From an uncultured Gemmatimonadales bacterium (lineage in GTDB: Bacteria; Gemmatimonadota; Gemmatimonadetes; Longimicrobiales; RSA9), in NCBI GenBank assembly GCA_963783305.1, contig CAWAMW010000011.1, positions 105,318 to 169,317 of the forward strand: DNA of 64,000 nt, given 5' to 3'. Position numbers and translations under genes: made by a program. Positions 1 through 10,644 of this stretch are shown piece after piece; position 1 is the stretch's first letter; the number at the start of each line of letters is the position of its first letter. The notes beneath the pieces were generated by a model, which was not told where the DNA came from, ran no database searches, and saw only the letters and a program-made list of their open reading frames with translations.

Positions 1-202
1 GGCGGGCATCCTCGGACCGGTGGTGTTCGGTGTGGCCAGTCAGATCACGGGGACCGGTCGCATCGGGATCCTGGCGGTCATCGTGTTCTTCATTGCGGGC
101 ATCGTGCTGCTGAACCGCGTGGACGTGGATGAGGGACGTCGCGTGGCTCGCGCCGAGGATGCCGCCACGGAGGCGGCCGCCCTGGCCGCTACGGGAGCCT
201 GA
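1..202 (+). CDS. C-terminal end of a membrane transporter (probably MFS), truncated by the window edge
   Basis: Hydrophobic C-terminal helices (GPVVFGVASQITGTGRIGILAVIVFFIAGIVLL) resemble MFS TM11-12; frame is open from the window start. Confidence 0.6.
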   Translation, partial: AGILGPVVFGVASQITGTGRIGILAVIVFFIAGIVLLNRVDVDEGRRVARAEDAATEAAALAATGA

Positions 203-204
203 CG

Positions 205-1026
205 GTGCCGCCCTCTGCGCTGCTCGTCGTGCTGGCAGCCGCCCTGGCGGCCGCCCTCGTCGCCGCATCCCTATTCGGATGGCTCTGGTTGCGCGAGCGT
301 CGGCGCATCGTCGCGGTGGAAGAACGGGCACGGCAGCTGAGCGCGGATCTCGCCGAGGCCAGAACCGCTCGCGAGACCTTCTTCGACCTGGCCACCCACG
401 AACTGCGCTCCCCGCTCACCGTGATCCTCGGCTACCAGGAGCTTCTCGAGGACGGCGCGTACGGCCCACTCGACGAGAACGCCGCGGACGCAGTGGAGCG
501 CGTGGGACGCTCCGCGCACCACCTCCTGAACCTCATTGACGGCGTGGTGGAGCTCAGCCGGATCCGGTCCGGGACCGTCCGGCCCGATCTCGAGGACGTG
601 AACCTGGGCGTGCTCTTCGCGTCCGTGGCCGACGCCTTCCGCACCCACACCAGCGACCGCGGACTCGAGGCACGCGTCCAGCTGCCGCCGTCGCTCCCCA
701 CCGTTCGCTCGGACCAGGGCCGTCTCGTGCGCGCCCTCGACCTCCTGGTCACCTCCGCGGTGAAGAACCCGGCCGACACCTGCCTCGGGCTCGAGGTCTC
801 CGAGATCCCGGGCGGCGCCACCGCCCGCATCACCGGCACACGAATCCCCGTCCTCCACGAGATCGGCGCCCTAGAGCTCCAGCTGGGGATCCGCGTCGCC
901 GTGGCCGACGCCATCGCGCGCGTCCTCGGCGGAGCCCTCGACCTGGAAAAGGACGAGGCCGGGGCGGTTCGGACCCTCTCTTTCCGGGTCCAGGCGTTCC
1001 GGCCGGGTCCCCTCGAGCGGCTTTGA
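205..1026 (+). CDS. Membrane-anchored histidine kinase-like protein with a degenerate ATPase domain
   Basis: N-terminal TM helix, coiled coil, H-box LATHELRSPL; N and G boxes eroded. Confidence 0.75.
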   Translation: MPPSALLVVLAAALAAALVAASLFGWLWLRERRRIVAVEERARQLSADLAEARTARETFFDLATHELRSPLTVILGYQELLEDGAYGPLDENAADAVERVGRSAHHLLNLIDGVVELSRIRSGTVRPDLEDVNLGVLFASVADAFRTHTSDRGLEARVQLPPSLPTVRSDQGRLVRALDLLVTSAVKNPADTCLGLEVSEIPGGATARITGTRIPVLHEIGALELQLGIRVAVADAIARVLGGALDLEKDEAGAVRTLSFRVQAFRPGPLERL

Positions 1027-1051
1027 CGGCTATGGGGCCGACCCGTACTTT
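1023..1051 (+). promoter_or_regulatory. Sigma70-type promoter of rex
   Basis: TTGACG-17 bp-TACTTT. Confidence 0.6.
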
Positions 1052-1052
1052 C

Positions 1053-1070
1053 TTGTGAACGGGTTCACAA
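1053..1070. promoter_or_regulatory. Rex operator
   Basis: TTGTGAA-cggg-TTCACAA, perfect inverted arms matching the Rex consensus, 25 bp upstream of rex. Confidence 0.9.
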
Positions 1071-1095
1071 ACTATTCCGCACCGCAGTTCCCTAC

Positions 1096-1737
1096 ATGAA
1101 GAAGGTATCGGAGCCGACGATCGGTCGACTCTCCCTGTATCTCCGGCTGCTGATGGAGCTCTCGGACCGGGGCGTTGTCACGGTATCGAGCGAGGACCTG
1201 GCGGCTCGGAGCGGCACCACGGCCGCGCAGGTCAGGAAGGACCTGTCGCTATTCGGCAGCTTCGGCAAGCGGGGTCTCGGGTACGCAGTCGGCGAGCTGG
1301 AAGGTCGATTGCGCCGGATCCTGGGCCTGGAGCGGCGCTGGGGCGTCGCCCTGATCGGGGCGGGTCGGATCGGCTCCGCACTGTTCGGCTATGACAATTT
1401 CCGCCGGCAGGGATTCCTGATCGAGGCGGTCTTCGATGCCAATCCCGACAAGGTGGGCCAGCGCTGGAACGGTCTCGTGGTGGAGCCGGACAGTGCCATG
1501 GAGAAGATTGTGTCGGAGCGGGGTATCGAGATCGCCGTGATCGCGGTGCCGGCGGAGGCCGCGCAGCGTGTGGTGGACCGGCTGGTGGCGGCGGGGGTGC
1601 GCGGGGTTCTGAACTTCGCGCCCACGCGCCTTACGGTACCGTCCGAAGTGGAGGTGAAGGCGGTGGACATGGCATTGGAGATGGAAGGGTTGTCATACGC
1701 GTTGACGCGGGCGGACAGGCGATCGGGCGTCGCATGA
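1096..1737 (+). CDS. rex: Redox-sensing transcriptional repressor Rex
   Basis: wHTH motifs RLSLYLR and QVRKDLSLFGSFGKRGLGY; Rossmann GAGRIG; LNFAP. Confidence 0.97.
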   Translation: MKKVSEPTIGRLSLYLRLLMELSDRGVVTVSSEDLAARSGTTAAQVRKDLSLFGSFGKRGLGYAVGELEGRLRRILGLERRWGVALIGAGRIGSALFGYDNFRRQGFLIEAVFDANPDKVGQRWNGLVVEPDSAMEKIVSERGIEIAVIAVPAEAAQRVVDRLVAAGVRGVLNFAPTRLTVPSEVEVKAVDMALEMEGLSYALTRADRRSGVA

Positions 1738-1747
1738 GGAGGTGGGG

Positions 1748-2995
1748 ATGAAGGAGCAGCGGGTACGTGTCACCAGCGAGATCGGTGCTCTACGACGTGT
1801 GATCTGCCACACGCCGGGCTCCGAGCTGCTGGCGGTGACGCCGAGCACCAAGGAAGACTTCCTCTACGACGACCTCCTCGACCTGGAGGAGGCGCGGCGG
1901 GAGCACAAGCGGTTCAAGGCGGTGCTGGCGCGGTTCGCAAAGGTGGAAGAGGTAGCGGATCTCATTCGCGACCTCATGGAGCTGCCGGAGGCGCGGTCGT
2001 TCCTCGTGGAGCGCGTCATGGATGTCACGCGCTCGGAGCCGCTGGCGAAGTTCCTCGAGGCGCTCCCGTCGAGCGAGCTGGTCAGCATGTTCATCGAGGG
2101 ACGTGAGGTGGAGGAAGGCCCCCTCGCGCGGGTGCTGAACGTGGAGAGTTATGCCCTCCCACCGCTCCCGAACCTGTTCTTCACGAGGGACGCGGCCATG
2201 GTGGTGGGCGAGGGGGTCATGATCGGCTCCATGCGCTACACCGTGCGCTGGACCGAGGAGATCCTGATGAAGGCGCTCTTCACCTTCCACCCGGAGCTCC
2301 AGAACACCGGCCTCATCTACGACGGCAGCGAGGAGCGCCGCTCCGGCTACACGCTGGAAGGGGGCGATGTCCACGTGCTGCGTCCGGACACGGTCCTGAT
2401 CGGCGTGTCGCAGCGATCGAGCCCCGTGGCGTTCGACGCCGTGGCGGAGGAGCTGTCGAAGAACCACGGGATCAGGCACATCATCGTGGTGGTCCTGCCC
2501 ATCGAGCGCGCCATGATCCACCTGGACATGGTGCTCACGATGGTCGACCGGAACCACCTCGTGATCTACCCGCCGGCCTTCGTCGGACCCGACCGTTACG
2601 CCGTCCTCTACTACAAGGCGGGGGAGTCGGCGGCCATGCAGGAAATGCCGAACCTGTTCGCGGCGCTCCGGGAGGTCGACCTGCCCATGGAGCCCATTTT
2701 CTGCGGGGGCGAGCGGCGTACCTTCCAGGAGCGTGAGCAGTGGTCGAGCGGGTGCAACTTCGTGGCGGTGCGGCCGGGTGTGGTTGTCGGGTACTCCCGC
2801 AACGAGCGCACGTACGCGGAGATGGAGCGTGAAGCGGGCTTCCGCATCCTGAAGGGGCACGACTTCCTCACCGGCGAGGTGGAGCTGAAGCCAGACGACC
2901 GCGCGGTCATCACCTTTGAAGGCGCGGAGCTGGTCCGCGGCGGGGGCGGCGGCCGCTGCATGACGCTCCCGGTGATCCGCGAGGATATCTGGTGA
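1748..2995 (+). CDS. arcA: Arginine deiminase
   Basis: SEIGALRRV, PLPNLFFTRD, LEGGD, MIHLD, ELVRGGGGGRCMTLP; AGGAGGT RBS before ATG 1748. Confidence 0.92.
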   Translation: MKEQRVRVTSEIGALRRVICHTPGSELLAVTPSTKEDFLYDDLLDLEEARREHKRFKAVLARFAKVEEVADLIRDLMELPEARSFLVERVMDVTRSEPLAKFLEALPSSELVSMFIEGREVEEGPLARVLNVESYALPPLPNLFFTRDAAMVVGEGVMIGSMRYTVRWTEEILMKALFTFHPELQNTGLIYDGSEERRSGYTLEGGDVHVLRPDTVLIGVSQRSSPVAFDAVAEELSKNHGIRHIIVVVLPIERAMIHLDMVLTMVDRNHLVIYPPAFVGPDRYAVLYYKAGESAAMQEMPNLFAALREVDLPMEPIFCGGERRTFQEREQWSSGCNFVAVRPGVVVGYSRNERTYAEMEREAGFRILKGHDFLTGEVELKPDDRAVITFEGAELVRGGGGGRCMTLPVIREDIW

Positions 2996-3666
2996 GCGGA
3001 CCGGCGGAATACTATCCGCCCGTCGCGGAGGACCTGGCGCTCCACACCCTCGAGTACGCCGTGGTCGACTGCGAGACCACCGGCGGCTCGCCCGGCCGTG
3101 GCGACCGGATCACCGAGATCGCGGCCATCCGCGCCGACCGCAGCGGTCGCATCCTGGACGAGTTCTGCACGCTGGTGAACCCGGACCGCGCCATCCCCCG
3201 CGGGATTACGCGCATCACGCACATCGACGACGAGATGGTGGCCGAAGCGCCGTCGTTCCCGGAGATCGCACCCCGCGTCCAGGAGGTCCTCGCCGGCGCG
3301 GTGTTCGTGGCGCACAACGCGCCCTTCGACCTCCGCTTCGTGGAGTGGGAGATGCGCCGTGGCGACTTCGGCCCGCCCCGTGGGAAGGTGCTCTGCACCG
3401 CTCGCCTCGCGCGGAAGATGGCGCCGGAGATGCGCAGCCGATCCCTGGACGCGCTGATCCACCGCTGGGACATCCCGTGTGAGCCCCGGCACCGCGCCTA
3501 TCCCGATGCGCGGGCCACGGTCGACATCCTGGTCCGACTCCTCGACATCGCCGCGGAGCGCGGGATCGGCGGCTGGGCCGAGCTGGACGCGGAGCTGAAG
3601 AGGCGGAAGAAGCGGCAGAAGCGGTCCGCACTGCCGCGATCGATGGACTACCCGGAGTGGGCGTAG
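2992..3666 (+). CDS. DEDDh 3'-5' exonuclease (DnaQ/Pol III epsilon-like)
   Basis: VVDCETTG, AHNAPFD, HRAYPDA motifs. Confidence 0.9.
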   Translation: MSGPAEYYPPVAEDLALHTLEYAVVDCETTGGSPGRGDRITEIAAIRADRSGRILDEFCTLVNPDRAIPRGITRITHIDDEMVAEAPSFPEIAPRVQEVLAGAVFVAHNAPFDLRFVEWEMRRGDFGPPRGKVLCTARLARKMAPEMRSRSLDALIHRWDIPCEPRHRAYPDARATVDILVRLLDIAAERGIGGWAELDAELKRRKKRQKRSALPRSMDYPEWA

Positions 3667-3886
3667 GAGTCGGCCGCGCGCCGCGCGTCGACCGCGCTGA
3701 AGCGCGGCGTCGACCCGGCGGCCCACACCCGCCGCTCGCGCATGCCCCACTTCCCCTTTACGCTTCAGGTTCGACCCGTGAGGGCCACGCGGCCCGACCG
3801 ATCGACAGTCAGCGCGCAGCGCCGCAGTCGACCAGGGAGCGAAGCGACCGATCGATGGCGTACCCAGGACTCAGCCGGAGCGAACG

Positions 3887-4765
3887 ATGACGGACATCAC
3901 GGATCTGCCACTGGTGCGGACGCGGAAGGTGGGATCGTACACGATCCACGCCCTCGAGGCGGGGCTTCAGCGGCTGGACGGCGGCGCCATGTTCGGCGTG
4001 GTGCCGAAGCCGCTCTGGGAGCGGCGGATCCCGGCCGATGATCGAAACCGGATCCCTCTCGGCCTTCGCTGCCTCCTGGTGGAGACGCCGGATGCGCTCG
4101 TGCTCGTGGATACGGGCGTGGGCAACAAGGAAGATGCGAAGTTCCACGACATCTACGGTATCCAGAACGACGGCTCGCCCACCCGGCTCGAGGACGCGAT
4201 CCGGGCGGCGGGACACGCGCCGGCGGACGTGGACGTGCTCATCAGCACCCACCTGCATTTCGACCACGCGGGTGGAAACACCATGGCGGAGCCCGATGGA
4301 CGGATACGGCCGGCGTTCCCGGCGGCCCGGCACGTCGTGCAGAAGGCCGAGTTCGAGTTCGCGCAGATCCAGAACGAGCGGATCCGGGCCAGCTACATGC
4401 CGCAGAATTACATGCCGGTGCAGGAGGCCGGGCTGTGGGACTTCGTGGAGGGGGACGTGGAGGTCGTGCCGGGCATACGCGTCATGCGGACCCCGGGCCA
4501 CACGCCCCACCACCAGTCCGTGGTGATCCGCTCCGAAGATGAGACCGCCTGTTTCCTGGCGGACCTCATTCCCACGGCCGCTCACCTTCCGCTCCCCTGG
4601 ATCATGGGCTACGACCTGGAGCCGCTGGTCACACTCGAGAGCAAGCGGTCGCTCATCGGGCGGGTCCGCGAAGAGGAGTGGCTGCTGATCTTCGAGCACG
4701 ATCCGACCGTCCCCTGGGGGCGCCTGGACCCCTCCGAGAGGCGGCCCACGCTCATCGATCCGTAG
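3887..4765 (+). CDS. MBL-fold metallo-hydrolase (YtnP-like)
   Basis: LDGGAMFGVVPK, THLHFDHAGG, GHTPHHQ. Confidence 0.9.
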   Translation: MTDITDLPLVRTRKVGSYTIHALEAGLQRLDGGAMFGVVPKPLWERRIPADDRNRIPLGLRCLLVETPDALVLVDTGVGNKEDAKFHDIYGIQNDGSPTRLEDAIRAAGHAPADVDVLISTHLHFDHAGGNTMAEPDGRIRPAFPAARHVVQKAEFEFAQIQNERIRASYMPQNYMPVQEAGLWDFVEGDVEVVPGIRVMRTPGHTPHHQSVVIRSEDETACFLADLIPTAAHLPLPWIMGYDLEPLVTLESKRSLIGRVREEEWLLIFEHDPTVPWGRLDPSERRPTLIDP

Positions 4766-4800
4766 TCGCCCAAGCGTACATCCCGGGGGCGTCTCGGCGA

Positions 4801-4830
4801 TTGGCCAGCCGGTCGCCGGCTCGCTATAAT
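4801..4830 (+). promoter_or_regulatory. Putative sigma70 promoter upstream of thiolase
   Basis: TTGGCC-18 bp-TATAAT. Confidence 0.5.
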
Positions 4831-4894
4831 ACCGCGGCTTGTCGGCCCTCCCGGAGGGCCGCGAAAAACCGGACGCCTCGCGGGAGAGTGATAG

Positions 4895-6106
4895 ATGAGT
4901 GACCCGGCACGGACAGCCGTCATCGTATCGGCGGCACGCACCCCCATCGGACGCTTCCTCGGCGGGCTCAGTCCGCTCTCGGCCACGGAGCTCGGCGCGC
5001 GCGCCATCCGCGCTGCGCTCGACCGGTCCGGCGTCGATCCATCGGATATCGGCGATGTCATTCTCGGGAACGTGATCTCTGCCGGGCTCGGCCAGGCGCC
5101 GGCGCGCCAGGCGGCCATCGCGGGCGGTGTGCCGGAGAACGTGGGCGCCATGGCCGTGAGTCGCGTGTGCGGCTCGGGGCTCCAGGCGGTGATGTCGGCG
5201 GCGCAGGCGATCCGCGCGGGCGACGAGCGGGTCATGCTGGCGGGCGGGATGGAGTCCATGTCGAACGCGCCCTACTACCTGTTCGGCCACCGGACCGGTG
5301 TGAAGTTCGGGACGCAGCAGCTGGTGGACGGGCTGATCCACGACGGCCTCTGGTGCGCGTTCGGACAGTGCCACATGGGTGGACACGCCGAGTACACCGC
5401 CGACAAGGCGGGCATCAGCCGCGAGGACGCAGACCGCTTCGCCTACGAGTCGCACCAGAAGGCGGTCAAGGCGCAGGACGAGGGATGGTTCGAGGCCGAG
5501 ATGGTCCCGATCGATATCAGCTCACGGAAGGGGACCACCACCATAGCGGCCGACGAGTCGCCGCGCCGCGACACGTCCATGGAGGCGCTGGGCAAGCTCC
5601 GGCCGGCCTTCACGGGCGACATGCCCGAACACATCACCGAGCCGGTGGTGACGGCCGGCAACGCGCCCGGCCTGAACGATGGCGCCGCCGCGCTGGTGGT
5701 CACGAGCGAGGAGTACGCCCGCTCCAACGGGCTGGAGATCCTGGCCCGGATCAACGCCTACTCGAGCGGCGCAGTCACGCCTCAGGAGCTCTTCTTCGCA
5801 CCCGTGCGGGCCGTTCGCCGGGTCATGGAGAAGGAGGGCACGTCCATTGGCGACTACGACCTGATCGAGGCCAACGAGGCCTTCGCCGTTCAGGCGCTCG
5901 CCGACGGCCGCGAGCTCGGCTGGGACTGGGATCGCGTGAACGTCCACGGAGGCGCGGTCGCCCTCGGCCACCCCATAGGCGCTTCCGGCGCTCGCGTCCT
6001 CGTCACGCTCATCCACGCCATGCGCGAGCGCGACGCCCGGACCGGCCTCGCCACCCTCTGCCTCGGGGGCGGGGACGCCGTCGCCCTTTCCGTAGAGAGG
6101 ATCTGA
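4895..6106 (+). CDS. Acetyl-CoA C-acetyltransferase (thiolase)
   Basis: [24 protein letters not shown] motifs. Confidence 0.95.
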   Translation: MSDPARTAVIVSAARTPIGRFLGGLSPLSATELGARAIRAALDRSGVDPSDIGDVILGNVISAGLGQAPARQAAIAGGVPENVGAMAVSRVCGSGLQAVMSAAQAIRAGDERVMLAGGMESMSNAPYYLFGHRTGVKFGTQQLVDGLIHDGLWCAFGQCHMGGHAEYTADKAGISREDADRFAYESHQKAVKAQDEGWFEAEMVPIDISSRKGTTTIAADESPRRDTSMEALGKLRPAFTGDMPEHITEPVVTAGNAPGLNDGAAALVVTSEEYARSNGLEILARINAYSSGAVTPQELFFAPVRAVRRVMEKEGTSIGDYDLIEANEAFAVQALADGRELGWDWDRVNVHGGAVALGHPIGASGARVLVTLIHAMRERDARTGLATLCLGGGDAVALSVERI

Positions 6107-6107
6107 T

Positions 6108-6695
6108 ATGCAGGAGACCATTTTCCGAATCCGGAACGCCGCTGCCCTCGAGCTTGTCCCGGACCGGAACGCCCGCCGCGTGCTGGCGGTGAGCGCCTTC
6201 GCGCTGGCCACGGCCCTCGGCGCCCACGTGGCCGTGCCTCTGACGCCCGTGCCCGTGACGCTCCAGACGCTCTTCGTGATCCTCGCCGGCGCCATGCTCG
6301 GACCGTCGCTGGGGGCGGCCTCCCAGATGGCCTATCTGGCCATGGGCGTGGCCGGAATGCCGGTCTTCGCCGGCGGCTTCGGGCTCGCGTACCTGGCCGG
6401 TCCCACCGGCGGGTACCTCCTGGCGTTCCCCGCCACCGCCTTCGTGGCCGGGATCGTCGCCCGCCGCGTCGCCGGACGCGGAGTCACGGCCGGGCTGGCC
6501 CTGTTCGTGGGCCTCTTCCTGGCGTCGCTGGTCACGCTGGGCGGCGGGACCGCGTGGCTCGCCGTCTACACGGGCGACCTGTCCGCCGCCGCTGCCGCGG
6601 GGCTCATTCCGTTCCTGGCGGGGGACGTGCTCAAGGTCGGGATCGCGACGCTCCTCGCCTGGCGCGGCCGCCATCGGACGCGCCGGCTGCTCTAG
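6108..6695 (+). CDS. bioY: Biotin transporter BioY
   Basis: PVPVTLQT, G(M)[22 protein letters not shown]. Confidence 0.92.
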   Translation: MQETIFRIRNAAALELVPDRNARRVLAVSAFALATALGAHVAVPLTPVPVTLQTLFVILAGAMLGPSLGAASQMAYLAMGVAGMPVFAGGFGLAYLAGPTGGYLLAFPATAFVAGIVARRVAGRGVTAGLALFVGLFLASLVTLGGGTAWLAVYTGDLSAAAAAGLIPFLAGDVLKVGIATLLAWRGRHRTRRLL

Positions 6696-6704
6696 CCGTC
6701 GACC

Positions 6705-7634
6705 TTGAACGACGGGTGGCGCCCATGGTTCGTTCGAGAAGGCCGGCTCCGCACTCTGTGGCGTGTGCTGCTGTTCATTCTCGGCGTGATGGCCATCCTG
6801 CAGCTGGAGATGCTGCTGCTGCTCCCGGCGATAGGCCCGATCACCATGGAAGAGGACCGGCTCTCCGCCGGGCTGATCCTGCAGAGCGCACTGCTGCTGA
6901 CCGCGGCCGTTCTGGCCGGCCGCGCCATGCTGCACTGGGTGGATCGGCGTCCCGGGGTCCGGCTCGGGTTCCCGCTGGACCGTCGCGCACCGCTGGAGCT
7001 CCTGGCGGGCGTCGGAGTGGGCGCGGGGATCGTGGCCGTGGTCGTGGCCATCCTGGCGCTGGCGGGCGCCTACCGCTACGTCGCCGAGGCCGGCTCACTC
7101 CTCGGCTGGATGAGCGTGGCCGGGGTCAGCCTGACGGCCCTGGCCATTCCCGCGGCCGCCGAGGAAGCGCTGTTTCGCGGCTACATGCTCCGGACGCTCA
7201 CCGAGGGCGCAGGCACCGCTACCGCGGTCGTGGTCACGAGCGTGCTCTTCACGCTGGTCCATGGCGCCAACCCGAACGTCACGATGTTCGCCCTGCTCAA
7301 CATCCTGCTGGCGGGAGTGCTCCTGGCGCTGGCGGTCCTGCGAACCGGCACTCTCTGGTTCGCTACGGCGCTGCACCTCGGGTGGAACTGGGTCATGGCC
7401 GGGCCGCTGGACCTGCCGGTCAGCGGGATCGGCGGGTACGATGTGCCGCTGTACGACGTGGCGGGAACCGATCCCGCATGGCTTACGGGTGGAAATTTCG
7501 GACCCGAGGGAGGATTCGCCGGCACGGCTGCGGCGCTGCTCGGGATCGCGCTGGTGATACGCCTGACCCGGCCCGGCGCCACGCTGGCCGGACACTACGT
7601 GAACGGGAGACATGAGCATGTCGAAGATCGATAG
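6705..7634 (+). CDS. CPBP (CAAX/Abi) intramembrane metalloprotease
   Basis: EEALFRG, FTLVH, HLGWN, GPEGG; multiple TM helices; start uncertain. Confidence 0.88.
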   Translation: MNDGWRPWFVREGRLRTLWRVLLFILGVMAILQLEMLLLLPAIGPITMEEDRLSAGLILQSALLLTAAVLAGRAMLHWVDRRPGVRLGFPLDRRAPLELLAGVGVGAGIVAVVVAILALAGAYRYVAEAGSLLGWMSVAGVSLTALAIPAAAEEALFRGYMLRTLTEGAGTATAVVVTSVLFTLVHGANPNVTMFALLNILLAGVLLALAVLRTGTLWFATALHLGWNWVMAGPLDLPVSGIGGYDVPLYDVAGTDPAWLTGGNFGPEGGFAGTAAALLGIALVIRLTRPGATLAGHYVNGRHEHVEDR

Positions 7635-8466
7635 AATTGGCGTCGTGGGCGGCGGAACCATGGGGAACGGCATCGCCCACGTCTTCGCGCAGAACGGGCA
7701 CGCGGTCACCCTGGTGGACGTGGACCGGGACAGGGTGGACACCGCGCTGGCGACGATCCGGAAGAATCTCGACCGGCAGGCGAAGAAGGGGATCATCGAA
7801 GAGTCCGCGGTCCAGGAGATCGTCGGGCGGATCCAGGGCGCTACGGAGATGTCGGCGATCGAGGGCGCCGACCTGGTGGTGGAGGCCGTTCCCGAGAAGC
7901 TCGAGCTGAAGGCCGGCATTCTCGAGAAGCTGGACGACATCGTCGGCGACGGGATCCTCGCCTCCAATACCTCCTCCATCTCCATCACCGCCCTCGCCGC
8001 GCGGACGAAGCGGCCCGAGCGCGTCATCGGCATGCACTTCATGAACCCGGTGCCCGTGATGAAGCTGGTGGAGGTGATCCGCGGCCTGCAGACCAGCGAT
8101 GACGTGACCCGCCGCGTGATGGAGGTCTCGGAATCCCTCGGGAAGACGCCCGTCGAGGTGAACGATTTCCCTGGCTTCGTGTCGAACCGGGTCCTCATGC
8201 CCATGATCAACGAGGCCGTGTTCGCCCTCATGGAGGGCGTCGCCGAGCCCGAGGCCATCGACACCGTCATGAAGCTGGGGATGAACCACCCCATGGGCCC
8301 CCTGGCACTCGCCGACCTCATCGGTCTGGACACGTGCCTCAACATCCTCGAGGTGCTCCACCGCGACATGGGCGACGACCGCTACCGCCCCTGTCCTCTT
8401 CTCCGGAAATACGTGGACGCCGGCTGGCACGGCCGGAAGAGTGGGCGTGGATTCTATGGATATTGA
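7612..8466 (+). CDS. hbd: 3-hydroxybutyryl-CoA dehydrogenase
   Basis: GGGTMG, ASNTSSISIT, GMHFMNP, NHPMGPL. Confidence 0.93.
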   Translation: MSMSKIDRIGVVGGGTMGNGIAHVFAQNGHAVTLVDVDRDRVDTALATIRKNLDRQAKKGIIEESAVQEIVGRIQGATEMSAIEGADLVVEAVPEKLELKAGILEKLDDIVGDGILASNTSSISITALAARTKRPERVIGMHFMNPVPVMKLVEVIRGLQTSDDVTRRVMEVSESLGKTPVEVNDFPGFVSNRVLMPMINEAVFALMEGVAEPEAIDTVMKLGMNHPMGPLALADLIGLDTCLNILEVLHRDMGDDRYRPCPLLRKYVDAGWHGRKSGRGFYGY

Positions 8467-9571
8467 CCTGGCCGAAATTACCGCCCTGGCGCAGCAGTTC
8501 GCGGAGGGCGAGCTGCGCCCGCACGTGGAGCGCTGGGACCGGGAGGCCGCGCTGGAGCCGGCGGTGCTGGAGCAGCTGGGGGAGCTCGGCTTCTTCGGCA
8601 TGCTGGCGCCCGACGAGCATGGCGGCATGGACTTCGACCGCGAAACATACCTGGCCGTGCTGGAGGCGCTCTCCTGGGGCGAGCCCTCCATCGGGCTCAC
8701 CCTGTCGATCCATAGCGCATTCGCCGTCTCCCTGCTCGTCCGCCACGGCACGCCCGAGCAGCGTGAGCGGTGGCTGCCCGAGCTCGCAGCGGGGGAGCGT
8801 CTGGGCTGCTTCGCCCTCTCCGAAGAGGGCGCCGGCTCGGATGCCGCGGCGGCGTCGGCCACGGCGGAGCGAGTGGACGCGGGCTGGGTCCTGAACGGCA
8901 CGAAGAAATGGGTCACGAACGGTCGCATCGCGGGACTGGCGGTGGTGGTCGCCCGGACCGGTGGCGGGGGGGCGGCGGGACTGAGCGCCTTCCTGGTCCC
9001 TACGGACTCGAATGGATGGGTCGTCGAGGGTCGGGAGAACACGATGGGTATGCGGCCCGTCGAGGTGGTGACGGTCCGACTGGACGCGCTTGAGCTGCCC
9101 GGCGATGCGCTGCTGGGCGAGGAGGGTGCTGGCTTCACGCTGGCGATGGAGGGGTTGGACCTGGGGCGGCTGGGGATCGCCGCCCAGGCGGTGGGGATCG
9201 CACGGGCCGCGCTGGACCACGCGGTGGCGTACGCGGACGAGCGTGAGCAGTTTGGTCACGCGCTGCGCGAGTTCGAGGCGATCCAGTTCAAGCTGGCGGA
9301 CATGGCGACGAGGATCGCCGCCGCACGGTCGCTCCTCTACTGGGCGGCCGAACAGGGCACGACGCAGGCGTCCTCCATGGCCAAGCTGTTCTGCAGCGAG
9401 ACGGCCATGGCGGTGACAACGGAGGCGGTGCAGATATTCGGCGGCTACGGCTACATGCGGGATTACCCCGTGGAGAAGCTGATGCGGGACGCCAAGGCCA
9501 CGGAGATCTACGAGGGAACCAACGAGATCCAGCGCGTGATCATCGCGCGGGACCTTTACCGGAACGGATAG
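8456..9571 (+). CDS. Acyl-CoA dehydrogenase (short/branched chain)
   Basis: [38 protein letters not shown]. Confidence 0.93.
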   Translation: MDIDLAEITALAQQFAEGELRPHVERWDREAALEPAVLEQLGELGFFGMLAPDEHGGMDFDRETYLAVLEALSWGEPSIGLTLSIHSAFAVSLLVRHGTPEQRERWLPELAAGERLGCFALSEEGAGSDAAAASATAERVDAGWVLNGTKKWVTNGRIAGLAVVVARTGGGGAAGLSAFLVPTDSNGWVVEGRENTMGMRPVEVVTVRLDALELPGDALLGEEGAGFTLAMEGLDLGRLGIAAQAVGIARAALDHAVAYADEREQFGHALREFEAIQFKLADMATRIAAARSLLYWAAEQGTTQASSMAKLFCSETAMAVTTEAVQIFGGYGYMRDYPVEKLMRDAKATEIYEGTNEIQRVIIARDLYRNG

Positions 9572-9579
9572 AGGAGATC

Positions 9580-10635
9580 ATGGAGATATTCGACAAGATC
9601 GAGAAGCACGGGCACGAGCAGGTCGTCTACTGGTACGACCCGGCTTCCGGCTACCGGGGGATCATCGCGATCCACAATACCACCCTGGGACCGGCGCTCG
9701 GTGGCACACGCTTCTGGAACTACAAGAGCGATGCGGAAGCGCTCACGGACGTGCTCCGTCTTTCGCGCGGCATGACCTACAAGTCCGCAGCGGCCGGGCT
9801 CAACCTGGGCGGCGGGAAGTCGGTGATCATCGGCGACCCGAAGGCCAAGCGCCGGGAGATGATCTTCCGGGCCCACGGTCGCTTCGTGGAATCGCTGAAG
9901 GGCCGCTACATCACGGCGGAGGACGTGGGCACCAGTGTCGAGGACATGGACTACGTCCACATGGAGACGGAGTACGTGACCGGTCTGGCCGGCCGGAGCG
10001 GCGACCCGTCCCCCGTCACCGCCTACGGCACCTACCGCGGTATCAAGGCCGCCGCCAAAGCCAAGTACGGCAGCGATGACCTCGATGGCGTGACGGTCGC
10101 GGTGCAGGGCACCGGCCACGTGGGGTACTTCCTCTGTGAGGACCTGGCCGCCGAGGGTGCCAAGCTCATCGTCACCGACATCGATGACGAGCGGGTGAAG
10201 CGCGTGGTGGACGAGTTCGGTGCGAAGGCGGTTGGCCCCGATGAGATCTACGGGGTCGACGCCCAGGTCTTCGCCCCGTGCGCGCTGGGAGCCGTGGTCA
10301 ACGATGAGACGCTCCCACGCTTCAAGTTCGATATCATCGCCGGCGCGGCCAACAACCAGCTGGGCGAGGAGCGTCACGGCAAGGAGCTGAAGGAGAAGGG
10401 CATCCTCTACGCCCCGGACTATGTGATCAACGCCGGCGGCGTGATCAACGTCTACGGCGAGCTCAACGGCTGGAGCCTGGAGCGCTCCAAGCGGAAGGCC
10501 GGCGAGATCTACGACACCCTCGACCAGCTCTTCGAGCTCGCGGAGGAGGAGGGGCTGCCCACGAGCGACGCGGCCGACCGGGTCGCCGAACGGCGAATCG
10601 ACCAGGTCGGGTTGATGCACCGGACCTGGCTGTAG
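9580..10635 (+). CDS. Glu/Leu/Phe/Val dehydrogenase (leucine dehydrogenase-like)
   Basis: [39 protein letters not shown]. Confidence 0.93.
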   Translation: MEIFDKIEKHGHEQVVYWYDPASGYRGIIAIHNTTLGPALGGTRFWNYKSDAEALTDVLRLSRGMTYKSAAAGLNLGGGKSVIIGDPKAKRREMIFRAHGRFVESLKGRYITAEDVGTSVEDMDYVHMETEYVTGLAGRSGDPSPVTAYGTYRGIKAAAKAKYGSDDLDGVTVAVQGTGHVGYFLCEDLAAEGAKLIVTDIDDERVKRVVDEFGAKAVGPDEIYGVDAQVFAPCALGAVVNDETLPRFKFDIIAGAANNQLGEERHGKELKEKGILYAPDYVINAGGVINVYGELNGWSLERSKRKAGEIYDTLDQLFELAEEEGLPTSDAADRVAERRIDQVGLMHRTWL

Positions 10636-10644
10636 GGCGGATCC

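Noticed and set aside
3667..3886. Structured ncRNA in this intergenic gap
   Set aside because: GC-rich hairpins and a duplicated CGACCGATCGA are present, but no family is recognisable and chance pairing is likely at this GC content
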